From an uncultured Acidobacteriota bacterium (GTDB taxonomy: Bacteria; Acidobacteriota; Vicinamibacteria; Vicinamibacterales; UBA8438), in assembly GCA_913043225.1 (NCBI GenBank), contig CAJWLU010000010.1:1-64000 (forward strand): DNA of 64,000 nt, read 5' to 3'. Below, piece after piece: positions 1-11,177 of the stretch. The notes beneath the pieces were generated by a model. That model searched no databases. It was not told the origin of the DNA and saw only the letters and a program-made list of their open reading frames with translations. A program made the translations under genes and the position numbers. Position 1 is the first letter of the stretch. Every line of letters begins with the position of its first letter.

Positions 1-510
1 TGCCAGCCTGTCTCCTGCACTTGAACCGCCGACAAACATCGCGTATTTCCCGGGGGCGCGTCCAACAAAGGCGAAGTCGGCGTTATAGGGACGTGCGCAG
101 CCATTAGGGCAGCCTGTCATGCGCACAAGGATAGAATCATTACTCAGGCCCAGCTCCTCAAGGATGACGTCCACCGAGTCCAGCAGTCCGCTAAAGACCC
201 GTTCGCTCTCACTCAGGGCCAGTCCGCAGGTAGGCAGGGCCACACAGGCATGGCCCATCTGGCGCGTGGCGGTAAAGTTCTCCCCGGTCACCAGCCCGTG
301 CTCGCTGAGGATTGCGTTGACCCTGTCGCGGTCTTCCTCGCTGATGTCGTAAAAATACATATTCGCATTTGCGGTGACACGCATGGAGCAGTTGATTTCA
401 CCGGCGATTTTACGGAAGGCACTGCGGGTTTTACCAATCTCGCTGTCGGCAACCCTTCCCTGGGCCACGTAAACGCCCACGAAATATTTTCCGTCCCCCT
501 GCGCGTGCCA
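1..510 (-). other. Fragment of sulfite reductase hemoprotein (CysI/Sir), siroheme/[4Fe-4S] region; runs off the window edge; in frame with batB
   Basis: Manual translation gives WHAQGDGKYFVGVYVAQGRV...ACVALPTCGLALSESER...RMTGCPNGCARPY, with the CxxxxxC and CxxxC cluster ligands. Many A/T-ending codons, unlike the rest of the window. Confidence 0.85.
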
Positions 511-552
511 CCGTGTACATGTTGTTCCGATCGGAAGAAACAGTTGTTGCAT

Positions 553-1524
553 GCACACGAGCAGCAGCAGCGCTAGACCCAGGAAGATCTGGTACTGCTC
601 ATCGAACAGCGTCACCTGCTCGGTCTCGAACTCTTGGCCCTCGCCGGCGCTGAGCTCCTCGGCCAGCAACGCCACCTCGGCGCCACCCGGCGAAGCGCGA
701 TAGTAGTCGCCTCCGGTCCGGGTCGCGATCGCCCGGAGGCTGGCTTCGTCGAGGCTGGTTGTCACCACGGCGCCGTCGACATCCCGTTTGAAGCCCTGGG
801 GACGGCCACTGTCGTCGACCTCCGGGATGGGCACTCCGACCGTCGAGCCGATCCCCATGGTGAAGATCTCAATACCCTCGGCGATTGCCCGTTCAACCGC
901 CTCGTCTACCGCCGCTTCGTGGTCCTCGCCATCAGTGATCACGAGCAATACACGATGTCTCCGGTTGGTGTCCGAGAACCCATCCAGAGCGACCTCCACT
1001 GCCTGACCCAGATTGGTGCCCTGGACCGAGATCATGTCGAGGTCCATCGCGTTCAGGAAGAGGTTTGCCGCGCCATAGTCGAGCGTCAGTGGGCTCTGCA
1101 CGAACGCCTCCCCGGCAAAGGCGACCAGCCCCACGCGGTCTCCGGCCAGTCGCGAGATCAGGTCGGCCACGGCGAACTTCGCCTTATCGAGCCGGTTCGG
1201 TGCGATATCTTCGGCCGCCATCGAGGCCGACAGGTCGATGGCGACCATGATGTCCCGTCCTTCCCGTCGGACGGTCTCCACCCGGCTCCCGAACTGCGGT
1301 CGTGCCAGGGCGGTCACGAGAAGAACCAGGGCCACAAGCAGCAACGTTGTCTTAACGCACCGTCGGCGGTGACTGACCGTGCCGGTGAGGCGCGCCAGGA
1401 GGGAACTGTCGATCAGTCGCGCCATGTCACGCTGCTTCCGCCGCCAAGCCCACCAGTAGAGGGCAGCCACTGCCGGCACCGCCAGATAGGCGAGAAGCAT
1501 TGACTCGGCGGCAAAACGAAACAT
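553..1524 (-). CDS. batB: BatB-like vWA domain membrane protein; native stop codon missing, 3' end approximate
   Basis: ATG at 1524 gives MFRFAAESMLL...ALARPQFG...DLSASM (MIDAS)...ITDGEDHE...EQYQIFLGLALLLLV. Absent from the ORF track because there is no stop before base 1. Confidence 0.85.
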
Positions 1525-1541
1525 CTACGCCTGCCCCTCCG

Positions 1542-2537
1542 TCACGGTATCTTCCTCAGGAGCGTACGCGAGAGCCCGGTCTCCAGGAGAAGTGCACCGA
1601 GCCCAATGAGCAGCGGAAGATGGAACAGCTCGCCGTAGCGCGTGAACTGCTCGACGTCGATGTCGGTGGTCTCGAGCGCGTCGATCTCAGCGTATATCTG
1701 GGCAAGGCTCTCACGGTCGGTTGCCCGGAAGTAGCGCCCGCCGGTCAAGCGGGCCGTTTCCTCGAGGGTGGATTCGTCGATGTCCACGCGCATCTGCGCG
1801 TATCGCCGTCCGAAGATTGGGTCGTCTACCGGGACTCGTGCGGTGCCTTGGGTGCCTGCCCCGATCGCATAGACCCGGACGCCCAGTGCTTCCGCGGTTT
1901 GCGCCGCGGTGATCGGGTCGATCGAGCCACGGTTGTTTCGTCCGTCGGTGAGCAGCACGACGACTTTCGACATGGCGTCGGAATCGGCGATGCGTTTGAC
2001 CGCGGTGGCCAGCCCCATGCCGATCGCGGTGCCATCCTCGATGATGCCGACCTCGAGCTCCTCAAGTAACGTGGTGACCACGTCGTAGTCCAGTGTCAGC
2101 GGGGCCTGCGTGAACGCATCGCCCGCGAAGACCACCAGACCGATCCGGTCGGTACGACGACCTCGCACGAAGTCGCTTGCCACCTCTTTCACCGCTTCGA
2201 TTCGATTCGGCTCGAGATCTTCAGCCAGCATCGAGCTCGACAGATCGAGCGCCAGCACGATGTCGATGCCCTCGGTGGTGACGTCCTCGGCGGTGACTCC
2301 GCTTTGGGGGCGAGCGAACGCTACGACCAGGGCGGTCACCGCCAGGGCCCGGAGCACGAAGAGTGTGTGGCGATAGCGTCCCGTCCGGCGTTGGTCGGCC
2401 CGTCGGACTGTCGCTAGCGAGGAGTAGCGAAGGGTAGCGGTCAGCCGGCGCCCCCGGGCCACATACCAATAGACAAGTGCCGGCACCACGAGCAGGAGCA
2501 GGAGATACCACGGATCAGCGAAGCGCAGGAGGTTCAT
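1542..2537 (-). CDS. batA: BatA-like vWA domain protein
   Basis: RFADP N-terminus, ARPQ, DLSSSM MIDAS, LTDGRNN, GTAIG; moxR operon context. Confidence 0.9.
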   Translation of the reverse strand: MNLLRFADPWYLLLLLVVPALVYWYVARGRRLTATLRYSSLATVRRADQRRTGRYRHTLFVLRALAVTALVVAFARPQSGVTAEDVTTEGIDIVLALDLSSSMLAEDLEPNRIEAVKEVASDFVRGRRTDRIGLVVFAGDAFTQAPLTLDYDVVTTLLEELEVGIIEDGTAIGMGLATAVKRIADSDAMSKVVVLLTDGRNNRGSIDPITAAQTAEALGVRVYAIGAGTQGTARVPVDDPIFGRRYAQMRVDIDESTLEETARLTGGRYFRATDRESLAQIYAEIDALETTDIDVEQFTRYGELFHLPLLIGLGALLLETGLSRTLLRKIP

Positions 2538-3493
2538 GCCGCGCCTCGCTCCTGGGCCGGGAGTGTCGCGGGTGCCGGTTCGGCTGGGCGGGTGGCATCG
2601 ACGATGCCACGTGCCTGGGCAATGAGGCCGCGGCAGGTGGCCTGTTCCGGGCGGAGTTTGGCGAACTTGACCAGATCGCAGCGCTCCAGCAGCAGCCGCA
2701 GATCGCGGCGAATCTGGGTGCCGACGTCTTGGTGGGTCACCTGGTCGAGCACCTCGGCCGTGGTCATCTCCATCGCGTCGATCCCGAAACGGCCCTGGAG
2801 GTAGATCCGTACGATGTCCGAGCCACGGATGTGGAAGGTTTTGACCTCGCCCAGCTCAAGCACGCCTGACGCCTCGAGGGCGGCGAGGGACTCGTAGGCG
2901 ACCTCGTGGGCCGGTCTGGGCGGGACGGGTGGAAGCGCGACCGGCGCCCGTGCCTCACGACGGCCATAGCGTCGAGACAGCCACACGGCGAGCGCGATCA
3001 TCACCGCCAGTCCGAGTGCCCAGGGCACGAGTGTCAGTGGGTCGAACGGGATCCCGATCGGCGCCTTGATGTCCCGGATGTTGCCGCTTTCGTCTAGGCC
3101 CACGCTCGCGACAGTGACGCGCTGGACGCCGGTCGTGAGGGTGACCGGTTCGCCTGAGGTACCGCTGATGACGACCTCGAACGACGGGATCTCCAATGCC
3201 CCAAGCTCAAAGGCTGTGAGTTCGAGCTGGAGTAAGGAGACCGTAGAGTCATCGGGCCGCGCAGCAGGTTGCGCCTGTTGGGCGGTGACCTCGAAGGGAG
3301 CGACGTCCGGTGGCTCCGGCCAGCTCACGGTCTCGTCCGGTTTGTGGGTGACCGTGACCAACAGACGGATCGGATCCCCGACGGTGATCGTGGTCGGCTC
3401 GACCGTCGTGTCGAGCGACGGCTGCGCGGTTGCCGCGGAGGTCATCCACAGAGCGATAGCCACGGCGAGACTGGTGCACGGAGCAAGGTTCAT
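2534..3493 (-). CDS. Bat-operon membrane protein (BatD-like N-terminal domain, one TM helix)
   Basis: Signal peptide, TITVGDPI, DIKAPI followed by a TM helix, DLVKFAK; 4-bp overlaps with both neighbours. Confidence 0.75.
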   Translation of the reverse strand: MNLAPCTSLAVAIALWMTSAATAQPSLDTTVEPTTITVGDPIRLLVTVTHKPDETVSWPEPPDVAPFEVTAQQAQPAARPDDSTVSLLQLELTAFELGALEIPSFEVVISGTSGEPVTLTTGVQRVTVASVGLDESGNIRDIKAPIGIPFDPLTLVPWALGLAVMIALAVWLSRRYGRREARAPVALPPVPPRPAHEVAYESLAALEASGVLELGEVKTFHIRGSDIVRIYLQGRFGIDAMEMTTAEVLDQVTHQDVGTQIRRDLRLLLERCDLVKFAKLRPEQATCRGLIAQARGIVDATRPAEPAPATLPAQERGAA

Positions 3494-4394
3494 CGGAATC
3501 GTCGTGCCCGCTGTCGGAAGAAGCGCATCAGGCGATCGGCGTACGGGCTATCAGCGCTGATCCTGATCACATCGACACCGGTCCGTCGGAATCGGTGGGC
3601 CAGCGCTTCGGTCGACCTCGCCACGTTTTGCTCGAAGGCCGACCGAAAGGTCGGGTCGGCGACATCCACGGTGAGTCGCTCGCCGGTCTCGGCGTCCTCG
3701 AGCTCCAGAAACCCGACCGGAGGAAACTCACGCTCACGTTGGTCACCAAGCTGCACGATGATGGTGTCGTGCCGGCGCCCAGCGACCGCAAGCGGTTTGT
3801 CGAAGCCGTCAGCAAGAAAGTCCGAGACGACGAACACCACCGCCCGTCGACGCACGACTTTGGCGAGATACTCGAGCGCGCCGCCGACATCCGTGCCGTG
3901 TCCGTGCGGCTTGAAGTAGAGCAGTTCTCGCAACACGCGCAGCACGTGCTGGCGCCCCTTGCGGGGCGGCACGAACTTCTCGATTCGATCGCTGAAGATG
4001 ATCAATCCGACCTTGTCGTTGTTCGTAATGGCCGAGAAGGCGAGCACCGCGCAGATTTCGACTGCGACCTCTCCCTTCATCCGATTGCGTGATCCGAAAT
4101 TGCCCGAGGCGCTGACGTCCACCACGAGCATGACCGTCAGCTCGCGCTCCTCGTCGAAGACCTTCACGAACGGCGCGCCGGTGCGGGCCGTCACGTTCCA
4201 ATCGATGTTCCGAATGTCGTCGCCGTAGTGATACTCGCGCACCTCGGCGAAGTTCATGCCGCGGCCCTTGAACACGGAGTGGTACTCGCCCGAGAAGACC
4301 TCGCTCACCAGTCCGCGGGTGGCGATCTCCACCCGCCGCACCTGCTTGAGGACTTCCCGCGGAATGCCCGTGGCACGCGTCTCGACCTCAGCGC

Positions 4395-4398
<4 letters not shown>
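3490..4398 (-). CDS. DUF58 family vWA-like protein
   Basis: GEYHSVFKGRGMNFAEVREY...DIRNIDWNVTAR...EERE, DVSAS. Confidence 0.9.
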
Positions 4399-5384
<986 letters not shown>

Positions 5385-5560
5385 CGTGAACGCGTGGTTC
5401 CTTTCCGGGGTCCGGGATGACCCTCCAACCCTCTATCTTATGAGGGTCAATCGCTAGGCCCAACCCAATCAGACGTGGCCGAGCCGTTGCTGGTCGGATC
5501 GAAGACGGCCAGACGGGCGACGGTGGTAGAGTGAGGCGGATCTCCAGAGAGGTGCGGCTG

Positions 5561-6433
5561 ATGATTAAGGTATGGCCTGGCAGTGCCCCGGCGGGCCGGC
5601 TGGCGGTGGCGCTGGTGCTCTGTGCGCTGTCGTCCGCGGCGGTCGCCCAGCCTGCGCCGTCCGCCGTCGATTCAGAGGCGATTCGAGCCGTCGATCGCTA
5701 TCTGGAGACTTGGAACAGCCGGAACCCGATGACCTGGGCCGGTTCGCTGCACTTTCCCCATGTGAGACCAGGGGCGGGGAACTTTCGCCTCACACGAACG
5801 CCTGAGGAGTACGCGCGTGGCGTCGACTTCAAGCGGGTGCTGGCCACCGGCTGGCACCGGAGCATGTGGGACAGCTACGACGTCGTGCAACACGGTCCGG
5901 CGAAGGCGCACGTGGCCGGTCACTACTCCAGATACACAGAGGACGGGGAGCGGATCCGGACCACCTTTGTGACCTACGTCGTGACCCGCCAGGGTGACCG
6001 ATGGGGCGTGCAGTCCAGGTTCGCCGCTGGCTCCGCCGATGTCGGTCCCGACCAGGCAGCGGCGTCCGAGTCGGCGGCACTGGGTGCGGTCGAGTCCTTC
6101 TTCGCGGCGCTCGGAAACCCGACGGCTCCCGAGGCGGTAGCCGCCACCCTCAATTATCCGCATGTCCGCGTCGCTGACGGGACGGTGGTTTTGTGGGAGA
6201 GCGCTGCGCAGTATCTCGCGGGTCCCGAGCCGGGGCGGCTGCGGACCTGGGCCGGCACCCGTCTCGACTGGGCCGAGGCGGTGCAGGTTGGCGGCGGCGG
6301 GGTCAACGTGGCCGTTCGCTACAGTCGGTTGAGTCCCACTGGAGCCACGTTGTCCAGCTACGAGGCCCTCTATCTCGTGACCACGCGTGATGGCCACATT
6401 GGAGTGCAAGCGCGCTCCAGCTTCGCGCCGTAA
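5561..6433 (+). CDS. Secreted hypothetical protein with two tandem NTF2/SnoaL-like repeats
   Basis: Signal peptide; internal duplication (HFPHVR...WGVQSRF and NYPHVR...IGVQARSSF). The fold call is inference. Confidence 0.6.
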   Translation: MIKVWPGSAPAGRLAVALVLCALSSAAVAQPAPSAVDSEAIRAVDRYLETWNSRNPMTWAGSLHFPHVRPGAGNFRLTRTPEEYARGVDFKRVLATGWHRSMWDSYDVVQHGPAKAHVAGHYSRYTEDGERIRTTFVTYVVTRQGDRWGVQSRFAAGSADVGPDQAAASESAALGAVESFFAALGNPTAPEAVAATLNYPHVRVADGTVVLWESAAQYLAGPEPGRLRTWAGTRLDWAEAVQVGGGGVNVAVRYSRLSPTGATLSSYEALYLVTTRDGHIGVQARSSFAP

Positions 6434-6440
6434 GCGGCAA

Positions 6441-8501
6441 ATGGGTATGACAGGAGTGCGGCTGGTCTGGATGGTTGCCGCCGGTTTGGCCGCCGGCGCC
6501 GCGATGGGGAACGCCCAGACGAGAGAGGCGCCGGGCTCGGCCGAGGCCGGTCAGGCCGGCTACGAGGAATCATGTTCGGTCTGTCATCTCAGTGACCTGG
6601 CCGGCGCCTTCGAGGCGCCGCAGCTCGCCGGACCGAACTTCCTGGCCCTGTGGGGACAGCGCCCGACGGCGGAGCTCATTGAGCTGATCAAAGCGTCGAT
6701 GCCGCCCGGCCAGGGTGGTTCGCTGTCGGCGCAGGCCTACGCCGACATCACGGCCTACATTCTCCAGGTCAACGGCCTGCTCGGCGCCGCTACTGTGTCC
6801 CCGCCGGTCTCGACCGCAGCCCGACCTCCAGTCGACCCGTCCCCGGCGACGGCCATTTTCGCGGAAGTGTCGAGGTTCCGGCCGGTCTCGGAGGACGAGT
6901 TACGTGCCCCTCCACCCGGCGACTGGCTGATGTTCCGGCGGACCTACGATGGCTGGGGATACAGTCCGCTCGACCAGATCACGCGCGATAATGTCCATCA
7001 GCTGTCGCTGGCCTGGGTGTGGTCGATGACCGATGGGCGCAATCAGCCAACGCCTCTTGTGCGGGACGGCGTGATGTATCTCGTCAACCCTGGCAACGTG
7101 GTGCAGGCGCTCGAGGCGGGCACTGGGACCCTGCTTTGGGAGTACCGGCGGGAGTTACCCCAGAGTCTGCGGGCCGGGGTGTCGCGGAACCTCGCCGTCC
7201 TGGACGACCTCGTCTATCTTTCGACCCAGGATGCGTATCTGGTCGCGCTCGACGCGCGCACCGGTGCCGTGCGCTGGGAAACCCGCCTGGCCGATTACCG
7301 AGACGGCTACAGTAACTCGGCGGGCCCGCTCGTGGCGGGTGGCGTGCTCGTCAACGGCATCAACGGGTGCACCCGTTTCCAGCCAGACAGCTGCTTCATC
7401 TCCGGTCACGACCCGCAAACTGGAGAAGAGCTCTGGCGGACGCTGACCATCGCCAGGCCCGGGACGCCGGGTGGGGACACGTGGGGTGATCTGTCGCTGA
7501 CCCTTCGAGCCGGCGGCGATTCGTGGATTACCGGGAGCTACGACCCCGATCTCGATCTCATCTACTGGCCGGTGGCGCAGGCCAAGCCCTGGGTGCCCGC
7601 GAGTCGAGGTCTTACCGTCCATGACGCTGCGCTCTACACGAACGCGACGCTAGCCATTGACCCCTCCAACGGTGCCATCCGGTGGTATGTCCAGCACGTA
7701 CCGGGTGAGGCGCTGGACCTCGACGAGGCGTTCGAGAAGGTTCTCGTCGACGACCGGGACGGCCGGCGAGCGCTCCTGACCATCGGCAAGCATGGCATTC
7801 TCTGGAAGCTCGACCGCGAGAGCGGCGCCTATCTCGGCCACGCCGAAACCGTGTTCCAGAACGTCTTCGACCAGATCGATCCCGAGACCGGTGCGGTGAC
7901 CTATCGCGAAGATATCGCTGCGGCTGGGGTCGGCGACTGGGTTTCGGTCTGTCCCAGCACGGCCGGTGGCCACAATTGGCAGTCGATGGCCTACAGTCCC
8001 GAGACCCGCACAGTGATCATCCCGTTGAGCCAGAGCTGTCTGGAGATCGCCGGCCGCGAGGTTGCGCTCGAACCGGGCTCCGGGGGGACCCAGGCGGACC
8101 GGAAGTGGTTCGAGATGCCCGGGACGGCCGGAAACCTCGGCAAGCTCGCCGCTTACGACGTCGACACGCTCGAGGAGCGGTGGAGCATCGAGCAGCGGGC
8201 GTCGATCCTGACTGCGTCGCTTACCACGTCGGGCGGGCTGGTCTTTACCGGCGACGTAGACCGGTATTTCCGAGCGCTCGACGTGGCGACCGGCGAGCCG
8301 CTCTGGGAAACGCGGCTTGGGACGTCAGTACAGGGGTTCCCCGTGTCGTTCGAGGTCGGCGGAAGTCAGTACATCGCGGTGACGGCCGGAGTCGGCGGAG
8401 GGAGTCCCCGCCGGGTGCCGACGCTGCTGAGCCCCGAGATCCAGTACCCATCGTTCGGGAACGCCTTGTATGTCTTCAAGCTGGCCGCGTCCGCGCCGTG
8501 A
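6441..8501 (+). CDS. Cytochrome c plus PQQ-binding beta-propeller dehydrogenase
   Basis: Signal peptide, CSVCH heme motif with distal Met (SMPP), [22 protein letters not shown], repeated Trp-docking blades. Confidence 0.85.
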   Translation: MGMTGVRLVWMVAAGLAAGAAMGNAQTREAPGSAEAGQAGYEESCSVCHLSDLAGAFEAPQLAGPNFLALWGQRPTAELIELIKASMPPGQGGSLSAQAYADITAYILQVNGLLGAATVSPPVSTAARPPVDPSPATAIFAEVSRFRPVSEDELRAPPPGDWLMFRRTYDGWGYSPLDQITRDNVHQLSLAWVWSMTDGRNQPTPLVRDGVMYLVNPGNVVQALEAGTGTLLWEYRRELPQSLRAGVSRNLAVLDDLVYLSTQDAYLVALDARTGAVRWETRLADYRDGYSNSAGPLVAGGVLVNGINGCTRFQPDSCFISGHDPQTGEELWRTLTIARPGTPGGDTWGDLSLTLRAGGDSWITGSYDPDLDLIYWPVAQAKPWVPASRGLTVHDAALYTNATLAIDPSNGAIRWYVQHVPGEALDLDEAFEKVLVDDRDGRRALLTIGKHGILWKLDRESGAYLGHAETVFQNVFDQIDPETGAVTYREDIAAAGVGDWVSVCPSTAGGHNWQSMAYSPETRTVIIPLSQSCLEIAGREVALEPGSGGTQADRKWFEMPGTAGNLGKLAAYDVDTLEERWSIEQRASILTASLTTSGGLVFTGDVDRYFRALDVATGEPLWETRLGTSVQGFPVSFEVGGSQYIAVTAGVGGGSPRRVPTLLSPEIQYPSFGNALYVFKLAASAP

Positions 8502-8526
8502 GGCGGCGTAGACAGAGGAGCGCGCG

Positions 8527-9519
8527 ATGTCAGATTCCAGACCCACCCTAACCCGTCGTGAGTGTCTCACCGCGCTGGCCACGGCAGCGTTGGTGCCTGG
8601 CATGCGGCTGCGTGCGGCCGAGGCCAAGTCGATGCGTGGGGCGTTCATGATCCTCAGCACGCCCTACAGCGAGACGGGCGAGGTCGACTTCGACGACCTG
8701 GCAGGCGAGGCGGAATTTTGCGAGCGGTGTGGCATCGAGGCGGTGGTCTGGCCCCAGAACTCCAGCGAGCAGCGGTATCTGAGTCAGGCCGAGCGGCTGC
8801 GGGGTTTCGACACGCTCGCTCGTGCGAATGAAGGACGCGCTCCGGCGCTCGTGCTGGGGGTCCAGGCGGACGACACGGCCGGTATGCTCGATTACGCCCG
8901 CCACGCCGAATCGCTCGCACCAGACGCGATGATCGCAATTCCGCCCAGGACGGCGACCTCGCTCGACGATTTCCGTCGCTATTACGCCGCGCTCTGCGAG
9001 GTGACCGATCGTCCGGTTTTCGTGCAGACCAGCGGCGGCGCGCCCGACATCGAGCCGACCGTCGACTTCATCGTGTCGTTGGCGCGTGACTTCCCGCAGT
9101 GCGGCTACGTGAAGGAGGAGCATCCGCCGGTCCAGGAACGGATGCTCCAGCTCGCCGAGCATCGACCCGACCCGATTCGTACGATCCTCGGCGCCAACTT
9201 TGGACGCGAGTGGGTCTATGAGATGCGGCTTGGTACCGATGGGGTGATGACCGGTGGCGTGATGTATGCCGACATCTACGCCACCATGTGGGATCTGTAT
9301 CTGGCTGGACGGCACGATGAGCTCAGAGAGCTCAACGGCCGGTTGCTGCAGATGCTGAACCTGGACAGCCTCGTGCCCGGCGTGCGCCTCTACGTACTGC
9401 GCAAGCGGGGCATCTTCAAGACGGTGAAATCGCGCCGCGGTGAGTACAGCTTCTCCAAGGCCCAGATCGATGAGATCGAGCACCGGTTTGTGGCGCTCGA
9501 GCCGTATCTGCGCGCCTAG
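8527..9519 (+). CDS. DapA/DHDPS-family aldolase or dehydratase with Tat-like leader
   Basis: TPY..GEVDFDDL, Schiff-base Lys in YVKEE, TRRECL followed by a hydrophobic stretch. Confidence 0.75.
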   Translation: MSDSRPTLTRRECLTALATAALVPGMRLRAAEAKSMRGAFMILSTPYSETGEVDFDDLAGEAEFCERCGIEAVVWPQNSSEQRYLSQAERLRGFDTLARANEGRAPALVLGVQADDTAGMLDYARHAESLAPDAMIAIPPRTATSLDDFRRYYAALCEVTDRPVFVQTSGGAPDIEPTVDFIVSLARDFPQCGYVKEEHPPVQERMLQLAEHRPDPIRTILGANFGREWVYEMRLGTDGVMTGGVMYADIYATMWDLYLAGRHDELRELNGRLLQMLNLDSLVPGVRLYVLRKRGIFKTVKSRRGEYSFSKAQIDEIEHRFVALEPYLRA

Positions 9520-9650
9520 CTAGACGAAGGCGTGGCGCAAGCCCCGCCCTACAGAATCCACTGCGAGTCGTGCTCGAGTTGCGAGTAGTAGTAGGCCGCG
9601 CGACCACGCCCGGCGAGCCGCTCCGCATGGGGTAGAGTGAGGCCGGTTCG

Positions 9651-10034
9651 ATGGAACGCAGACCCTACTTCGTGATGGGCGACCTCGCCAGTAACCTGCT
9701 GGTGGGGGCGCTGGTGGCCGCGACCACCGGCGCCGTGGTGGATGGGGCGTGGCCGATGGTGCTGGGGATGGGCGTCGGCATGCTGCTCGGCGACCTCATC
9801 GCTCTGCCCGCGGCTGTTCTTCTGACCACGTTGTTGGGGGCCATGGAGTTGATGCTGCCGTTGATGTTGACCGGGATGGTGTCAGGTATGGCCGCCGGTA
9901 TGGTGGCCGCCGGCGACGGCGTGGGCACGAGCAACGGAACCCTCATCGGGGCCCTGAGCGGCGTCGTGGTGTTCACTGGGACCTATTTGCTGAACGGCTA
10001 CGTGCACGCCCGTCATCGGCGAGAGGCTGGTTGA
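9651..10034 (+). CDS. Small Met/Gly-rich membrane protein
   Basis: 127-aa hydrophobic ORF, about 4 TM segments. Confidence 0.65.
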   Translation: MERRPYFVMGDLASNLLVGALVAATTGAVVDGAWPMVLGMGVGMLLGDLIALPAAVLLTTLLGAMELMLPLMLTGMVSGMAAGMVAAGDGVGTSNGTLIGALSGVVVFTGTYLLNGYVHARHRREAG

Positions 10035-10046
10035 AGGGCTGGCGCT

Positions 10047-10655
10047 ATGGACCTCGAGACCAGCCGGAAGTGGGACGAGGCCGCTCGCGGCTATGACCTG
10101 ATGAACGGGTTCGGTCCGGAGTGGCGGTGGGCGCCGTGGAAGCGTCGCCTCTTCTCGGAGATGTCGGGCCGGGTGCTATTTCTTGCGATTGGCACGGGTC
10201 AGGACATTCAGTTCTTCCCGCCCGGACGGGAGATTGTCGGCCTGGACATCAGTGCCCGGATGCTCGCGGTGGCCACGACTCGAGCGCACGCCTATGAAGG
10301 TTCCCTGGAACTCCGCCGGTTGGATGTCCACGACCTCGACTATCCGGATGGGAGCTTCGACCAGGTGTTCACGTCGTGCACGTTCTGCTCTGTGCCCGAT
10401 CCGGTGGGGGGACTCAAGGCTGTGCGCCGAGTGCTGAAGCAGGGCGGTACGCTCGGGATGTTCGAGCACACTCGAAGCCGGCTCTTTCCGTTCGGGGTGA
10501 TGCTTGAGGTGATGACGCTGCTGACACGGCGCTTCGGGCCGGAGATGAATCGGGACACGGTGACGAACGTGGCCCGGGCAGGTTTCACGAACGTGCGGGT
10601 CGAGCCGGTCTATCTCGACGTGGTCAAGATCATCAGGGCGGTGGGTCCCGGGTGA
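10047..10655 (+). CDS. Class I SAM-dependent methyltransferase
   Basis: VLFLAIGTG motif I variant, GLDIS, SFDQV, FCSVPDP. Confidence 0.85.
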   Translation: MDLETSRKWDEAARGYDLMNGFGPEWRWAPWKRRLFSEMSGRVLFLAIGTGQDIQFFPPGREIVGLDISARMLAVATTRAHAYEGSLELRRLDVHDLDYPDGSFDQVFTSCTFCSVPDPVGGLKAVRRVLKQGGTLGMFEHTRSRLFPFGVMLEVMTLLTRRFGPEMNRDTVTNVARAGFTNVRVEPVYLDVVKIIRAVGPG

Positions 10656-10679
10656 GTCTCGAGCGTTGCCCGCTTGCGT

Positions 10680-10925
10680 TTACTGGTCGAGGAGTCCGGA
10701 TACCCGTTTCAGACTGTCTGCGACAGTCTCGCGCGCATCGTTGAGCGCACCGGTCACCTCGTCGTCCTCGTGGGGCAGTGACTCGGCTAGGTCGCGCGCT
10801 CTCTCTGTGACCGCGGCCGATGCCTGCTCCAACTCGTCAGGCATCTCGCCGCCCCCGAGCAGGAATCCGGCTGCGCCAGCCAGGCCCGCTACAATTCCAT
10901 ATCTAATCAGGCGTCCGATTCGCAT
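10680..10925 (-). CDS. Small hypothetical protein with N-terminal membrane anchor
   Basis: 81 aa, GAGGTGG upstream of the start, hydrophobic N-terminus and acidic helical tail. Confidence 0.5.
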   Translation of the reverse strand: MRIGRLIRYGIVAGLAGAAGFLLGGGEMPDELEQASAAVTERARDLAESLPHEDDEVTGALNDARETVADSLKRVSGLLDQ

Positions 10926-10980
10926 TAGGGTTCCACCTCTGCAGTCCTCGTATCGGTCGCGAGACGCCGATCCTGCAGGC

Positions 10981-11055
10981 TCAGCCGTGCCGGAGCGTGA
11001 TCATTGGGTCGACGCGGAGTGTAGGGCTGACGCTGGTTAAGATAGCCGCAAGGTG
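10981..11055 (-). pseudogene. Remnant of an FtsX/MacB/ADOP-type ABC permease C-terminus
   Basis: Minus strand reads LAAILTSVSPTLRVDPMITLRHG*, resembling the family terminus (R)VDPMxALRxE; no intact ORF upstream. Confidence 0.5.
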
Positions 11056-11177
11056 CTTGCCTGGGCTGGATCCAGTATCGATATGGTTGGTTCCCCGGGG
11101 TGCGGTCGGTGTACGGCAGCGGATCTCGTGGGTATGATCATGATTTGGTTGCTCTGATCAGTCGGGCAGGAGGGGAG

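Noticed and set aside
119..1503. Plus-strand ORFs 119-352, 250-576 and 634-1503
   Set aside because: Antisense shadows of the minus-strand batB/sulfite reductase frame; no motifs.
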